Counted from the stretch's first letter, positions 20,808 through 31,502 are shown. The stretch is 64,000 nt of DNA from an uncultured virus (IMG/VR IMGVR_UViG_3300028805_000115) (IMGVR_UViG_3300028805_000115); one strand, 5' to 3'. The notes: generated from the letters alone by a model not told the origin. Numbers and translations are program-made.

Positions 20808-21968
20808 TTAGATGTTATACTGTTTTTTAAGTTTTAAAACGTCCTGCATATAATCATCAATCTGCTTTTCATTAAGTGTGAACTCGCCAGATGACTCGCT
20901 GAAGCGTTTCCATGATGCTTGGTCTTTTACGCTTAGACCTTTTCCCGCTTTGCTCTCCGCTGTAAGTCTCAGATTCCTGCCAGCATTGTCATATACTTTA
21001 AGTGAATCAACAACACCAGACAGCTTTTGTACCGCATCATATGCTTTTCTATGTGCGGCTGTCAGCTGATGCAATGGAACAAGTCTTTTCTGCTTCACGA
21101 ATCTGTCCAAGCTGTTCTGTCTTACCGTTTTGAAATCACTGTAAACAAACGACATCTCGGTCTTGTAACCAGCTTTCTTTGCGGCATCTAAAAGCTTATA
21201 CACGCCACCACCTGTAGCTGTGCCGTCATACAATGTCGGATAATTGTTCTGTAAAGCTGTTCCATATATCTGCTTTGCAAGTGCTGAAGATTCCTCATGA
21301 TAGTATGCTGTAAGTCTTTCGTCCATCTCTTTTCCATCAGCTTTAGCAAGTGCCTTTTTGATATCGTCAGGGTCAATCACCATCGGGCTTTTGTTCTGTG
21401 AGTAGAAATCTCCAATATTCTTACTGAATACACCCTTGCCAGATGCGGCACCACCACCCGTAAACATCGCAACTTTTTCCTCGCCCGGCGCATACGGCTT
21501 ATGCTCTTTGAAGTAATCTTCCATAATCTGTCTGTGTACTTCAGCACGTTCTGGAGACAGATTGCCGTTTTTATCAAGATGGTCAGCAAATGACTGTTCG
21601 CCAGCCTGTCCTGCTTCTGATGTGTCTATCTTATCAACTTCCTTGCCTTTAAACATCATCTTACCATTGCTTATAGTGACTTTATCGCCCTTAGACAATT
21701 CGTCTCTGTATTTAGACTCATTATTTAGCTTTTCCGCGTCTGTTTTGTTCTTAGCTATATCATTCTCTTTCTTCTGCGCGTCAAGCGTGTTTCCTGTCAT
21801 TTTAGAGCTATTGGAAGCTGTATTTGATTTGTTGCTCTGCGTAGACTTTTTTCCTGTTGCTTCTGCTACTCTGTTTTTGATGTCTGCGTCAGTATCACCA
21901 GCATATATCGGAATATGTTTTCCGCCCTTTAGTGTTATCCATCTTTCGGGTTCGCGTTCTTTTGCCAT
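20808..21968 (-). CDS. Zeta-toxin-like P-loop kinase with WIT leader
   Basis: GGGAASGKG P-loop, IDPDDIK, HEES, DGT, R...R.VP, YDN motifs of the zeta/PezT family. Confidence 0.8.
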   Translation of the reverse strand: MAKEREPERWITLKGGKHIPIYAGDTDADIKNRVAEATGKKSTQSNKSNTASNSSKMTGNTLDAQKKENDIAKNKTDAEKLNNESKYRDELSKGDKVTISNGKMMFKGKEVDKIDTSEAGQAGEQSFADHLDKNGNLSPERAEVHRQIMEDYFKEHKPYAPGEEKVAMFTGGGAASGKGVFSKNIGDFYSQNKSPMVIDPDDIKKALAKADGKEMDERLTAYYHEESSALAKQIYGTALQNNYPTLYDGTATGGGVYKLLDAAKKAGYKTEMSFVYSDFKTVRQNSLDRFVKQKRLVPLHQLTAAHRKAYDAVQKLSGVVDSLKVYDNAGRNLRLTAESKAGKGLSVKDQASWKRFSESSGEFTLNEKQIDDYMQDVLKLKKQYNI

Positions 21969-21982
21969 GATGCTGTCTCCTC

Positions 21983-22237
21983 TCACATTAATCCGTATTG
22001 TATCGCTGAAGCTGTTTCATATAATGCCAGATTGTAATATTTGAACTCTGCATCATTCTTGAACGCTGACCGTTCACGCGCCTGCTTCTTTGATGTGGCA
22101 TCACTATTGGCCATATTGCTTATCTGTGTCAATCTGTCATCGTCTACCTGCTTTGCGTCTGCATCAGTAAACTCTGCACCTTTGGCTTTACTCTTGTAAT
22201 ATGCCAGCTCTTTCTCATTCAGTTTCAGTTTTGCCAT
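21983..22237 (-). CDS. Small protein, candidate antitoxin of the zeta-like kinase
   Basis: 84 aa with GGAGG RBS directly upstream of the zeta gene; role inferred from position. Confidence 0.45.
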   Translation of the reverse strand: MAKLKLNEKELAYYKSKAKGAEFTDADAKQVDDDRLTQISNMANSDATSKKQARERSAFKNDAEFKYYNLALYETASAIQYGLM

Positions 22238-22832
22238 CGCTCTTCCTCCAATCAAGCTTTATAGTCATTACATTATCAGGAACACCTTTAACTCTGTTAT
22301 CGATATCGACTGTTCTCTTGGCAAGCTCCTGACCAGCTTTTATTCTGTCTGCCAGTGTAGCATCTAAACCAAATTGGTCTTTGATTTCACCATTCATGAC
22401 TTTGGTCAAAAACTGCATAACATCTGTAGCTGTCGCGATTGCATGTTCCTCTTTCTTTAAATTGATTCGGTCGATTTCCTTCTTCACCTTCTCCAGTGTC
22501 AACAAACGCGATGCTTGCTTACACGCTGTCGTTTCCTTATATCCTGCTCTTATGGCTGACTGCATTCCATTGCTTGTTTCTGCATAATAGATACAGAATA
22601 ATTTCTGCTGTTGGTTAAGTACATCTGGACAGTTTCTTTTCTGCTTGAATCCTTTTTGTCTCTGTACTCTTGGTTTCTTTTCTTTTGTCGGTTTATCTTC
22701 TTCTTTGCTGTATGTATCCTGTAATAGTTTTAATGTGCTTCTATGTGTGATTTTGGAGCTTTTCGATGTGCTTTTCTTTTTTATGGATTTTCCCGCCGAT
22801 TTTTTTGTTTTCTTCTCAGTGTCTTTATCCAT
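22215..22832 (-). CDS. terS: Terminase small subunit
   Basis: LNQQQKLFC..Y....NGMQSAIRAGY...ASRLL; DRIKAGQELAKR. Confidence 0.9.
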   Translation of the reverse strand: MDKDTEKKTKKSAGKSIKKKSTSKSSKITHRSTLKLLQDTYSKEEDKPTKEKKPRVQRQKGFKQKRNCPDVLNQQQKLFCIYYAETSNGMQSAIRAGYKETTACKQASRLLTLEKVKKEIDRINLKKEEHAIATATDVMQFLTKVMNGEIKDQFGLDATLADRIKAGQELAKRTVDIDNRVKGVPDNVMTIKLDWRKSDGKTETE

Positions 22833-22850
22833 TATATCAGCTCCTTTGTA

Positions 22851-23021
22851 TTAATACTTCTTGCCTGAAAGTCTTTCCCATTCTTTCTTGGCTCTTGATT
22901 TACCCTGTGGTGTACTCATGCTGTCTATAAGCTCTTTTGCTTCTGCTCTTGACATCTTAGCCATTGCGGCATCGCTGTCTTTCTTGTTAGGATATTTCTT
23001 GATTAATTCATCTAACGTCAT
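22851..23021 (-). CDS. Small basic protein, candidate partner of 23024-23671
   Basis: 56 aa, AAGGAG RBS, starts 2 nt after the upstream stop. Confidence 0.5.
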   Translation of the reverse strand: MTLDELIKKYPNKKDSDAAMAKMSRAEAKELIDSMSTPQGKSRAKKEWERLSGKKY

Positions 23022-23023
23022 TT

Positions 23024-23671
23024 TTACTTTCTCCTTCCTGTTCCGCCTGTCTTTATTTCTCCGTATCGCCAATCAGCGTTTCCGGCTTTCCAATCCCATA
23101 TCGATATCTGATTATTTGCTTTTGCATATGCTATTGCCTGCTCTCTGTTTGCACAATGGAATGATATCTCGGGTGTTCCTTCAAACTTGCCAGCATATGT
23201 CTTGCCATTACTCGACAGCTTCAAGCATTCATTGACTTTAGCCTGATACTGGTCATTCGTGTAATTATCTCCAATCTGACAGAATGTTACCTGATAACCA
23301 TCTTCAAAGCTTACAGGCTTTAATGTATCAAGGTCGTATGTATTATCGCCCTCATACTTATCGGATTCAAGCTCTTTTATCTTTGCTTTATGTACTTCCT
23401 GTATCGGCCTGTTTTCTTCAGCTTTTCGCGCTTCTGCTTCTTTCTGATTCCGTGCTATCTGCTGGTCTTTCTCATCTTCATTTTTGGTGATGTTCTTCTG
23501 GTCACCTGACTGCTTGGTCGCTGTCTTTTTATCAGCTGATTTATTCGATGCTGTCTTTGTCTTGTTCTGTTTTGCTACAAAGCTCTTGACTGCATCAGCT
23601 TTAGACTGACCTTTCATGATAGGAACCCTGTTGCCGTTTACAGTTATCCACTGTTCTACCTCTTTAGACAT
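23024..23671 (-). CDS. Hypothetical protein with WIT leader and unknown C-terminal domain
   Basis: WITVNGNRVPI leader; C-domain ...NNQISIWDW. Confidence 0.7.
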   Translation of the reverse strand: MSKEVEQWITVNGNRVPIMKGQSKADAVKSFVAKQNKTKTASNKSADKKTATKQSGDQKNITKNEDEKDQQIARNQKEAEARKAEENRPIQEVHKAKIKELESDKYEGDNTYDLDTLKPVSFEDGYQVTFCQIGDNYTNDQYQAKVNECLKLSSNGKTYAGKFEGTPEISFHCANREQAIAYAKANNQISIWDWKAGNADWRYGEIKTGGTGRRK

Positions 23672-23672
23672 A

Positions 23673-23858
23673 TCATTCTACCTCTTCCAAATCATCTTCT
23701 CCTACTGCATAGACTTCATCCAAATCTGACATTACTCCCCATGCGTCAAGTTCTCTGTCATATCCACGTACTTCATAAATCTTGCCTTTTTCAAAAGCTC
23801 CATTTGTTTCCCCGATGTACTTAGCTTTACTTCCTTTGTGTAACATTTTCACCCTCAC
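23673..23858 (-). CDS. Small acidic SH3-like protein, candidate immunity protein
   Basis: KYIGET...KGKIYEV...D; GTGA overlap with upstream gene. Confidence 0.55.
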   Translation of the reverse strand: MRVKMLHKGSKAKYIGETNGAFEKGKIYEVRGYDRELDAWGVMSDLDEVYAVGEDDLEEVE

Positions 23859-24388
23859 TTTCTGTCCTCAAGATTCTTCTCGTGAATCTTGATGAACGCT
23901 TCACGAACATATCCATCTTTACCCTGTACCCAATGTACTTCTCTATCTAACACTTTAGAGCCGTTTGTTATCTTAGCGAATCCAGCACAATGTTGCCAAT
24001 CTTCTGGATTTCTTCCGCTTTGCGGATATCTCTTTGCGTACTTCTCAGCATCTCTAAATACTTTAGAGCAACCCTTACCTGCAAATACATAAGCGCCTGT
24101 AATGCTTGTACCTTCTTTAAATCTGAATCTCTCTTTTGTCTTGAGATGCAATACATCAGAAAACTTATTGGCATCTTTAGCGGATATATCGTTAAGACGT
24201 AAACGCTTAGGCGGGTCTTGTTTGTTTCTTTTATCTGCTTCAGCTTTACTCTTTGACATCTGACTGTTTTTTCTTCTGTCATCTTCCATCATCTTAGTAA
24301 ATCTGCCAACAGCGTCATCTTTTGACTCACCTTCATATATTGGAACATGATGTCCATTGACTGTTATCCACTCTGTTATATTCTTCAT
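23855..24388 (-). CDS. Hypothetical protein with WIT leader and putative toxin/nuclease domain
   Basis: WITVNGHHVPI leader; FAGKG...RDA...W.H..G...EVHW C-domain. Confidence 0.65.
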   Translation of the reverse strand: MKNITEWITVNGHHVPIYEGESKDDAVGRFTKMMEDDRRKNSQMSKSKAEADKRNKQDPPKRLRLNDISAKDANKFSDVLHLKTKERFRFKEGTSITGAYVFAGKGCSKVFRDAEKYAKRYPQSGRNPEDWQHCAGFAKITNGSKVLDREVHWVQGKDGYVREAFIKIHEKNLEDRK

Positions 24389-24389
24389 G

Positions 24390-24722
24390 TCACCGCTCCT
24401 CAATCTTAACTAAGCTATAATCAATGTTTTTCTTTTGCTTGATTATCTCCCATTCTGCATTATCTGTTGGTATTTCCTGACCTCGAATATAACACCAGAT
24501 ATCACGTAGAAAGAATACTATCTGAATCATTGATGTGGACTCAAAAAGCTTCTCTTTCTTGTGCTTAGTCTCAGTATCTAACGATTGACAGATTTTGTAT
24601 ATAGTGATTGGCCGATTTTGGTCTTTACTGAAAAACTGCGATTTCTCATATAGTATCTTACCACCATATTGATTAATCGCGTTTTGCAATTTATGTATCA
24701 TAACTCTGTTGGATGCTGGCAT
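24390..24722 (-). CDS. Hypothetical protein
   Basis: 110-aa ORF with RBS, in operon. Confidence 0.6.
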   Translation of the reverse strand: MPASNRVMIHKLQNAINQYGGKILYEKSQFFSKDQNRPITIYKICQSLDTETKHKKEKLFESTSMIQIVFFLRDIWCYIRGQEIPTDNAEWEIIKQKKNIDYSLVKIEER

Positions 24723-24737
24723 TATCTTTTTCTCCGT

Positions 24738-24998
24738 CTAACTGTCGTTTTCTTCCTGCCCTTGTAATACCTCTTCACTGTAATCTTTGCCATTATTGAT
24801 ATCTCCATTCATATCATTGCCAATGTAGTTAGCGTTGCCATCTTCATTTTCAATGCTTACTGCCTCTGCGGGAACTAATAATAATATTAACACCAATGCA
24901 GTTATTACCATTAATTCTACAATCGCAATTATAAACCATCTTCTTGCGCTTGCCTTTACTTCTTGGAGTAGTTCTAAAGCTAAATGCTTTTCTTCCAT
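24738..24998 (-). CDS. Membrane protein (one TM)
   Basis: Hydrophobic WFIIAIVELMVITALVLILLLV; GGAGG RBS. Confidence 0.6.
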   Translation of the reverse strand: MEEKHLALELLQEVKASARRWFIIAIVELMVITALVLILLLVPAEAVSIENEDGNANYIGNDMNGDINNGKDYSEEVLQGQEENDS

Positions 24999-25019
24999 GT
25001 TACATTCCTCCCATGATTT

Positions 25020-25048
25020 ATTATAATATAAAATCAATCAAAAGTAAA
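25020..25048 (-). promoter_or_regulatory. SigmaA-type promoter heading the packaging region
   Basis: TTTACT-N17-TATAAT. Confidence 0.55.
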
Positions 25049-25189
25049 CAACTTTTTTTGACGCTTACTCTTTTTTATTTTCTCCCAACATATCTTACCA
25101 TATCCTCTCTGTCTGTATTCAAGCTTTTTCAGCTTTTTGCCGCATCGCTTACAGACTTTATACAGCTCCACTCTTGATATCTCTATCAT
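25034..25189 (-). CDS. Small Zn-finger protein (DUF6011-like, 51 aa)
   Basis: Not in track; CKRCGKKL...RGYGKIC; GAGGTG RBS. Confidence 0.55.
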   Translation of the reverse strand: MIEISRVELYKVCKRCGKKLKKLEYRQRGYGKICWEKIKKSKRQKKLFTFD

Positions 25190-25198
25190 GATAACACC

Positions 25199-25681
25199 TC
25201 ACTCATAACAGAATAACTCTGGTTTATCACCTTTTACTTTGATGGTTAAGTATATACTTGAACCATTCTTACCTTGTCCCTGATATACCACATTCTTTGG
25301 ACATACCCACTTTGTCCCATATATCAACAAATACTTTGCTAATAATATTGTTTGTTCTGTAGCTTTCTTTGTCTTGAATCCTTTTCTTGTTACGCTTGCA
25401 TACTGACCTTTTGCAAGTATGACTTTCTCTATTGTATCACCGCTCCATCTTGGTGAGTCTACTCGGTTTATTACTACTGCTCCTGTCAGTAATAATCTTA
25501 TCATGTCCTGTAATAAACTGTATCCACCAGCATTTCCATTTTCAATCTGCATTGTACCTGATAGATGCTGAAGTGCTGTAGGATTGGCATCTCTTAACTG
25601 TGATGGAGAAGTTATAACACCTTTAAGTATCAACACTAAGATTATAGGTGCTATACATTGTATTCGTATATAGTTTATCAT
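25199..25681 (-). CDS. SleB-like cell wall hydrolase (Hydrolase_2)
   Basis: N-terminal hydrophobic segment, E...GAVVINRV.S......TIEKVI...GQY. Confidence 0.7.
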   Translation of the reverse strand: MINYIRIQCIAPIILVLILKGVITSPSQLRDANPTALQHLSGTMQIENGNAGGYSLLQDMIRLLLTGAVVINRVDSPRWSGDTIEKVILAKGQYASVTRKGFKTKKATEQTILLAKYLLIYGTKWVCPKNVVYQGQGKNGSSIYLTIKVKGDKPELFCYE

Positions 25682-25992
25682 GTTGTTTCCTCTTCCTGTT
25701 TTAAATAACTGTCTATCACAGCAATTACATTTTCTCGATTGAAAACAGATAACATTGTTATCTGATTTCTAATATCCCACAACATGTCTTTTCTCTTCAA
25801 ATACTCTGCATTTCTACCTTCAGCATAACCCCTTTCATACTGTTCTCTGTCGTAGTTCAACGCTCTTATTAATTCGTTCTTATCAACATCAACACCGACT
25901 TTTTGAATGACTTTTAAAACAACCATGTCGTTGTTTTCTGATACTTTTGTTTGAAAATCACCATATATCAAGTTTATTGGACTCTCATACAT
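25678..25992 (-). CDS. Hypothetical phage protein
   Basis: VDKNELIRALNYDREQYERGY; RBS. Confidence 0.6.
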   Translation of the reverse strand: MYESPINLIYGDFQTKVSENNDMVVLKVIQKVGVDVDKNELIRALNYDREQYERGYAEGRNAEYLKRKDMLWDIRNQITMLSVFNRENVIAVIDSYLKQEEETT

Positions 25993-26007
25993 TATTTGTT
26001 CATCCTC

Positions 26008-26250
26008 CTATGCTGTTATTGTTTGCTTTGTGCTTATGCCTAACAAATAATCAGTGCTGATATTCAATACAACTGCTAATCTTGCTAATACTAATGCGTT
26101 GGGAGTTACTGAATAGTATCTGTATTGCCATAACTGATGTCTTGATATCTTCGCTCTTTTACATATCTCTGTTAATGTCAACGGACTGTCACAGATTGCT
26201 TTTTCCAACTTCTCTGTCAGTCCATCAACTGTCACTATTGGTTTTGCCAT
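26008..26250 (-). CDS. XRE-family HTH regulator
   Basis: HTH plus LARLAVVLNISTDYLLG. Confidence 0.85.
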   Translation of the reverse strand: MAKPIVTVDGLTEKLEKAICDSPLTLTEICKRAKISRHQLWQYRYYSVTPNALVLARLAVVLNISTDYLLGISTKQTITA

Positions 26251-26263
26251 TTATATCACCGTC

Positions 26264-26500
26264 CTATTTTTCGATTATTGTTATTATACGTTTTGGCTTT
26301 ACTTTGGACCTGTGCAAGCGTCCATAAATATCATAATAAACATCAACATCTTCATAGACTGTCCGCTTTTCTGCCACATATCCATCACAAAAAATCCCTG
26401 TTTTCATCACATCTTCAATACTGAAACTGTTTTGCGTTCCACAATACTCGCAATACTTATCAGATGTTTTTATAATCGCGCCACAATTTGGACAATTCAT
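26264..26500 (-). CDS. Zinc-ribbon protein
   Basis: CPNCG...CEYCG. Confidence 0.7.
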   Translation of the reverse strand: MNCPNCGAIIKTSDKYCEYCGTQNSFSIEDVMKTGIFCDGYVAEKRTVYEDVDVYYDIYGRLHRSKVKPKRIITIIEK

Positions 26501-29500
26501 TTACTTACCTCCTTATCTGCTTCTATAATTGTGGGTGAATTATTGATAGCTTCAACTGCAATCATTGATTCATAACCATTATCTGTCCACATGTCAACAC
26601 TACTTTCCATAACTATCTTATCTACATCTTTCAATACTCCATGTCCTTTTGGAAGTAGTGTTCCTTCTTTTAACTGTGCAAATAGATGACGACGAGCAGT
26701 TATTGAAGGTAATTTATCATCATTTGCAGTAATAAGCACATAATAATCTTCTTCAGATAAAGTAACTACTATTTGCATTTATTTACCTCCTTAATAAATA
26801 TGGATTGGACTTAAATACTTCGGGAACTTTTCAACATATCTGTTGTTACCAAACCTATCTTCAATCTCTATTCCCCATTTGGCAAGTTTGTTTATCTTAC
26901 GCTGTAATCCCTTTTCAGTAAACGCCCAAATGCCTATAAGAATGTATTCGGTTCTTGTGCTTGCTGAACATAAGTATCTCTTTATCTTCATTACTTATCC
27001 TCACTTTCTGCCGTAAATTTCAAAGTGCCGTAATAATGCCTGTCTTTTCCCTTGCATAAGAATATGGGTTCGCCCATAAGGAATAACCCCATATCAGCCC
27101 CACAAGTAGGACATTTCTTCGGTACTGTCTTATCTTCATCTGTCAGCCACGGTTTTCCGTTACCTTGTAATAATAATTCATTTTCCATCTGATACCTCCA
27201 CCTTAAATCTTTCCATGTCAATATATACACTATTCCCACAATCATCCATAAGTCCCAAACTACCGTCCTCACCAACAAAGAACTGGTCTATGTCACATAC
27301 CATTAAGCCACCCTTTTTGGCAAGATTTTCAATCACTCGATTAGTAGGTTCTTTGCCTGTCTTTGTATCAATTACTTTGAATGTCAATCTATATCACCTG
27401 CCTTATATGGTGAGTTCCACCATTCTTTAGATATACTGAAACAAAAGCCATTCAATGTGAATAAAATATAGTGCGGTTCCTGTATATCCTCTTCGGGATT
27501 AGCATCGGGATATAAGGTTGTTATCACATCGCCGTTTGTAGCCGATGCCTTAATCAATTTGAGTGCGTCCTTAAGACAAACTTCATTGTCTAACTTAGTA
27601 CAACCACTTGGACTACTTAATTGACATAAATCACATATACTCATTTTATTCACCTCTGTACTTGTCACTAATTTCCAATGCATTCGTCAATAGCGTCACA
27701 TACCATACATATACTTCTGGCTGTAGGATTTAAATCGTCGCCCCAATCAAAATCCAAAGTCTCAATCTTTGCCTTTATCTTGTCCACTATATAAGCCTGT
27801 CCGTCATTATAAGCTTTGACTACCTCATGGTCATGCTCATATTCGGATTTTTTCTTTTGTGTGACGGAGGGTAAAGCCTTTATATCTTCAACCATTCTAT
27901 ATCTAACTTCATTAAATGTTACGCAATTTAAAGCATCATGTCTGCTTATGGCATCTTCACAAGGCTGTTGTTCTAGTATTTCGGATATTGCTTCAAGATT
28001 TTCTATAATCTCTCCCATATTTCCAGCTTCATATTGAGTAGGACAGTTTTCATCACACACTTTGCCACTTACTTCACACTTCATACATGTGATTAAATGC
28101 TTTAATTTTATGTTTCTCTCTTCTGTTGTCATTCGCTCACCTCATTCTTTATTTTGTAATAACCTTAACCACATCACCATATCTATTTACTATACATCTC
28201 TTTATTTTTCTTTTGTAATGAGCATCTCCATATCTATCAATGTATTTAAGATTATCTTTTTTATAGCTATACATGGAATTGTATGATTTTGATTTAATCA
28301 TTCACTCACCATCCTTGCTCCACAACCACAACAAAACTTCCAACATTCCTGTACTGTACCACATGCTGAGCAAGTTCCTGCGTAACAATCACGTTCACCT
28401 TTTGTCTCACCTTTATATATGAGTGTTTTGTTTATCCAATGTGCTGTCTCTTTCTTTAGTGTGACAGATGGTAAAGTTTTTACTGAATTAACAGGAATTA
28501 AGTATGTATTTGAACCATAATCTACTGCTTGGTCAAGCACCGCCTGTCTGCTTATGCAATCATCACAAGGTTCTTGCTCTAATGCCTTGATTTCAAGCGT
28601 TTCATCATCCACATCACAATTTTCACAATGTGGGCAGTATGCACATTTTTCTTTTATACACGAAACTGTTTCAAGTGCCTTGATTGCCATTGCCTTTGCT
28701 TTTTGGTATTCTGGGATTGAATAGCACCCATCCCCATTTATCGGTATATTACCAATGATTATGCTTGCTTCTTCGTTTGTCATTCGCTCACCTCTTCAAC
28801 TTTAAACCATTGCAGACCGCCGTTTATAGCTTCTAACCATATTGTATCATCAATTATAAGTATATCATTTGTACTCCATTCATACTGCTCAGTATCAAAA
28901 TATATATCACCATAAGTTCTTGTTTCATTGTCAAATATTGTTTCCCAAGTATTTACTTCTACAGGAAAGCAACGATATTCTCCAAAACCATTTTTCATAG
29001 GAGCTCTCTTTATACAATACTTTCCATTCGGAATCCAAGGATGAATCTTTATATGGTCATTTTTTATAAAATCATATGGATTATATACATTAGATATTTT
29101 ATATTTCATTTGTGTCATCTCACTTAACTATAACTCTTGCATTTTCATGCACTGTAACAACTGTTTTTGGATTAAAAACAGTAACTTCACCTGTGCTTAA
29201 ATCTACTGCACTATCTAACAGTGTATCACAGATATATCCTGCTTTCTTATCAATCTTTATGAAAAGTTTACCATTTGCATCGGAAAAACATTTTCCTGCA
29301 CCACAATCTGCAAAAAACTCTTGTTGCCCTACTATTACGGCTAAAGATTTTAAAGCATCGCTGTATTCAACAAAAGCCTTATCTAATGCTTCCTTTGCTC
29401 TGTGTACTTGCTGATTTCGTAAAAATAAATCTATTTTTTGTGATTCGGTTAATTCACTATTCATCACCCAATGTCTCCTTCATTCTTTTGTCTATAATTT

Positions 29501-30666
29501 TAAGCATTCTGTCTGTATTACCTGGCCAATCATGCATATCAATTACATCCTGTTTAAGTCTTTCAGCAAATTCCTTGATTGCATCTGACTTGCCGTCATT
29601 ATAACCTCCTGACTTGCCATCATTATAACCTTTTATATAAATCTCCTGTGTCGTCTGTCCACAAGCCCTATTTGATGTCCTTAAGTGATACTCATGTACT
29701 TTTGTTTCCGTGTTCATCGTTATCCTCCATCATTCCCATAAGCTTCTGCATAAACTCTGAAAAACTCATAGGTTCATCCTTTGTGAAATCTGCCGACTTG
29801 ATATCCTGTTTATCATGCTCCTCATTAAGTTCTCTGTCAGCGTCAGCAAGTGCAAAGCTCAACAGCTTAATAAGTCTATCCTTTATAGTCACCTGTAATA
29901 CTGGTAAAGATACAAATGGTATTGATACTTCAGCATTCTTGATTGACTGCTTATAAACACCAGCCACTGCTGTTGCTATTGCTTCAAACATCTCCTTGGT
30001 TGTTCCCTCTCCTTCAATCATTACTCCATCTTTCTCTGCTTTAATGTTTAACATGTTAAATTAACCTCCTCTTGTGTAAATGCATATTTTGCGTTTTAAG
30101 CGTCTTTTGTGTCTCAGTAGTATATTTTATCGTCTGATGTGTTAAATCGTCATTTCTAAGCGTTCTGATGCGTTCTATGATATCTTCCTCAAGATTTATC
30201 CCGCTGTTTTCAAAATCATAGCTGAATTTGACTTTGTTTTGCATCAGAAAGTTATACAGTCTGGTAGGCATCACCAGACTGTTACCTCTCTTTTCAAGCT
30301 CATATATCATGACTGCATTCTCCACAGCTGAAATACTTCAAGCCCATCATACATAAAATACATACGGCCTTTATCCTCGCTCCATGTAGGGTCATATGTT
30401 ACTGTCTGTCCCAGATAGAACGCTACAGTTTCAAGACCAGCGAACATATGAACCGCACCATACTCACCACAAAGCTCTGCACCAAAATCATTATACTCGG
30501 GCTTGCCAAGCTGAATCAGTGCTATCTTGCTCTTAACTACTCTGTCAAGCCAATTCTTGACTGCTTTCTTTTTACTCTCAAATTCTGCACTCATAACAAC
30601 TCCTGTTTTCTCCATCATACCTCTTCCTCCTTTGTAATCGCTGACTTTATTATCCAACCTTCCCAC
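26497..30666 (-). other. Array of ~13 short, overlapping hypothetical ORFs (accessory region)
   Basis: Minus-strand ORFs 26497-26778, 26791-26991, 26991-~27188, 27178-27387, 27384-27683, 27668-28132, 28298-28783, 28780-29118, 29120-29467, 29457-29717, 29692-30054, 30056-30325, 30307-30666; several Cys-rich; two share an EQxPCxDxISR motif. Confidence 0.65.
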
Positions 30667-31181
30667 TTTACATCAACAAGCTTTTCGCTGATGCCATCAA
30701 CATCATTTATATCAAGATTAATTCCTATCTTGCTAAGACAAATAGGACCGATGCCGTACTTTCTTGATACCGGATTAGTAAGCTCTTTGCCACAACAGCA
30801 ACAGGTGATTGTAGGCTTAGCTAATCCATGAAGCTTCATGTAAACCATACCTCGCGTCTCTTTCTCTTTTGTACCTGTCATTATACGCATGGGCATGGGA
30901 TTGTTGTTATTCCACTTTGCCATGAAATCGAAAAGCGGTGTTGCGGGCTCTGTCATGTACTTTTTAACAGTTATCTGAATCTCTCCAAGCTTTGGACTGA
31001 TGCTCTGTATGCTCTGTGACGCATCAGAATCAATTTTAAGCACTGTTTCCTTCTTCGGTGATAACTTTATATGTATCGGGCCATTAAACGTCTTAAAAGC
31101 TGAAATTGCGCTTTGTATGCTGTCATAGCTTTCTCCGTTGACTGCTACTGACCCTTTCCAGTTCTTTAATGCTGTTATCAT
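30615..31181 (-). CDS. DUF6011-like Zn-finger protein
   Basis: CCCCGKELTNPVSRKYGIGPIC. Confidence 0.65.
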   Translation of the reverse strand: MITALKNWKGSVAVNGESYDSIQSAISAFKTFNGPIHIKLSPKKETVLKIDSDASQSIQSISPKLGEIQITVKKYMTEPATPLFDFMAKWNNNNPMPMRIMTGTKEKETRGMVYMKLHGLAKPTITCCCCGKELTNPVSRKYGIGPICLSKIGINLDINDVDGISEKLVDVKWEGWIIKSAITKEEEV

Positions 31182-31196
31182 AAGCTCGCCTCCTTA

Positions 31197-31502
31197 TCAG
31201 ACTAACTTAGCAACCTTTGTCTCGCTCTTTGTGTCGTACACGATGTAGGTCTTTCCATCTATCGTGTAGCTGTACATCGTGCTGAATAAATACCCGTTCC
31301 TGCTGACAACTCGTAAATCATCATTGTAACCGTAACCAGCTGTCTCTTTTGCTCTTTTCTCAATCGCTTTCCAGATGCTGACTTTCTTTGCTGAAGGCTT
31401 GCCGTATGCATCGTAAATACTGCCTTTGTTACTCCACTTCTTATCGTTGAAAATAGCGATGATGCTCTGTGCCTCTTTTGTTCCGTTTTTAATCTGCTTC
31501 AT
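31197..31502 (-). CDS. Hypothetical early protein
   Basis: ORF with AAAGGAG RBS. Confidence 0.6.
   Translation of the reverse strand: MKQIKNGTKEAQSIIAIFNDKKWSNKGSIYDAYGKPSAKKVSIWKAIEKRAKETAGYGYNDDLRVVSRNGYLFSTMYSYTIDGKTYIVYDTKSETKVAKLV

Noticed and set aside
26008..26250. XRE gene as a lysogeny switch
   Set aside because: Co-oriented within an operon, with no divergent cI/cro pair, integrase or partition genes recognised; lifestyle left undetermined.
29587..29632. Tandem ~21-bp repeat
   Set aside because: In-frame coding duplication (GYNDGKS twice) with no further signal.
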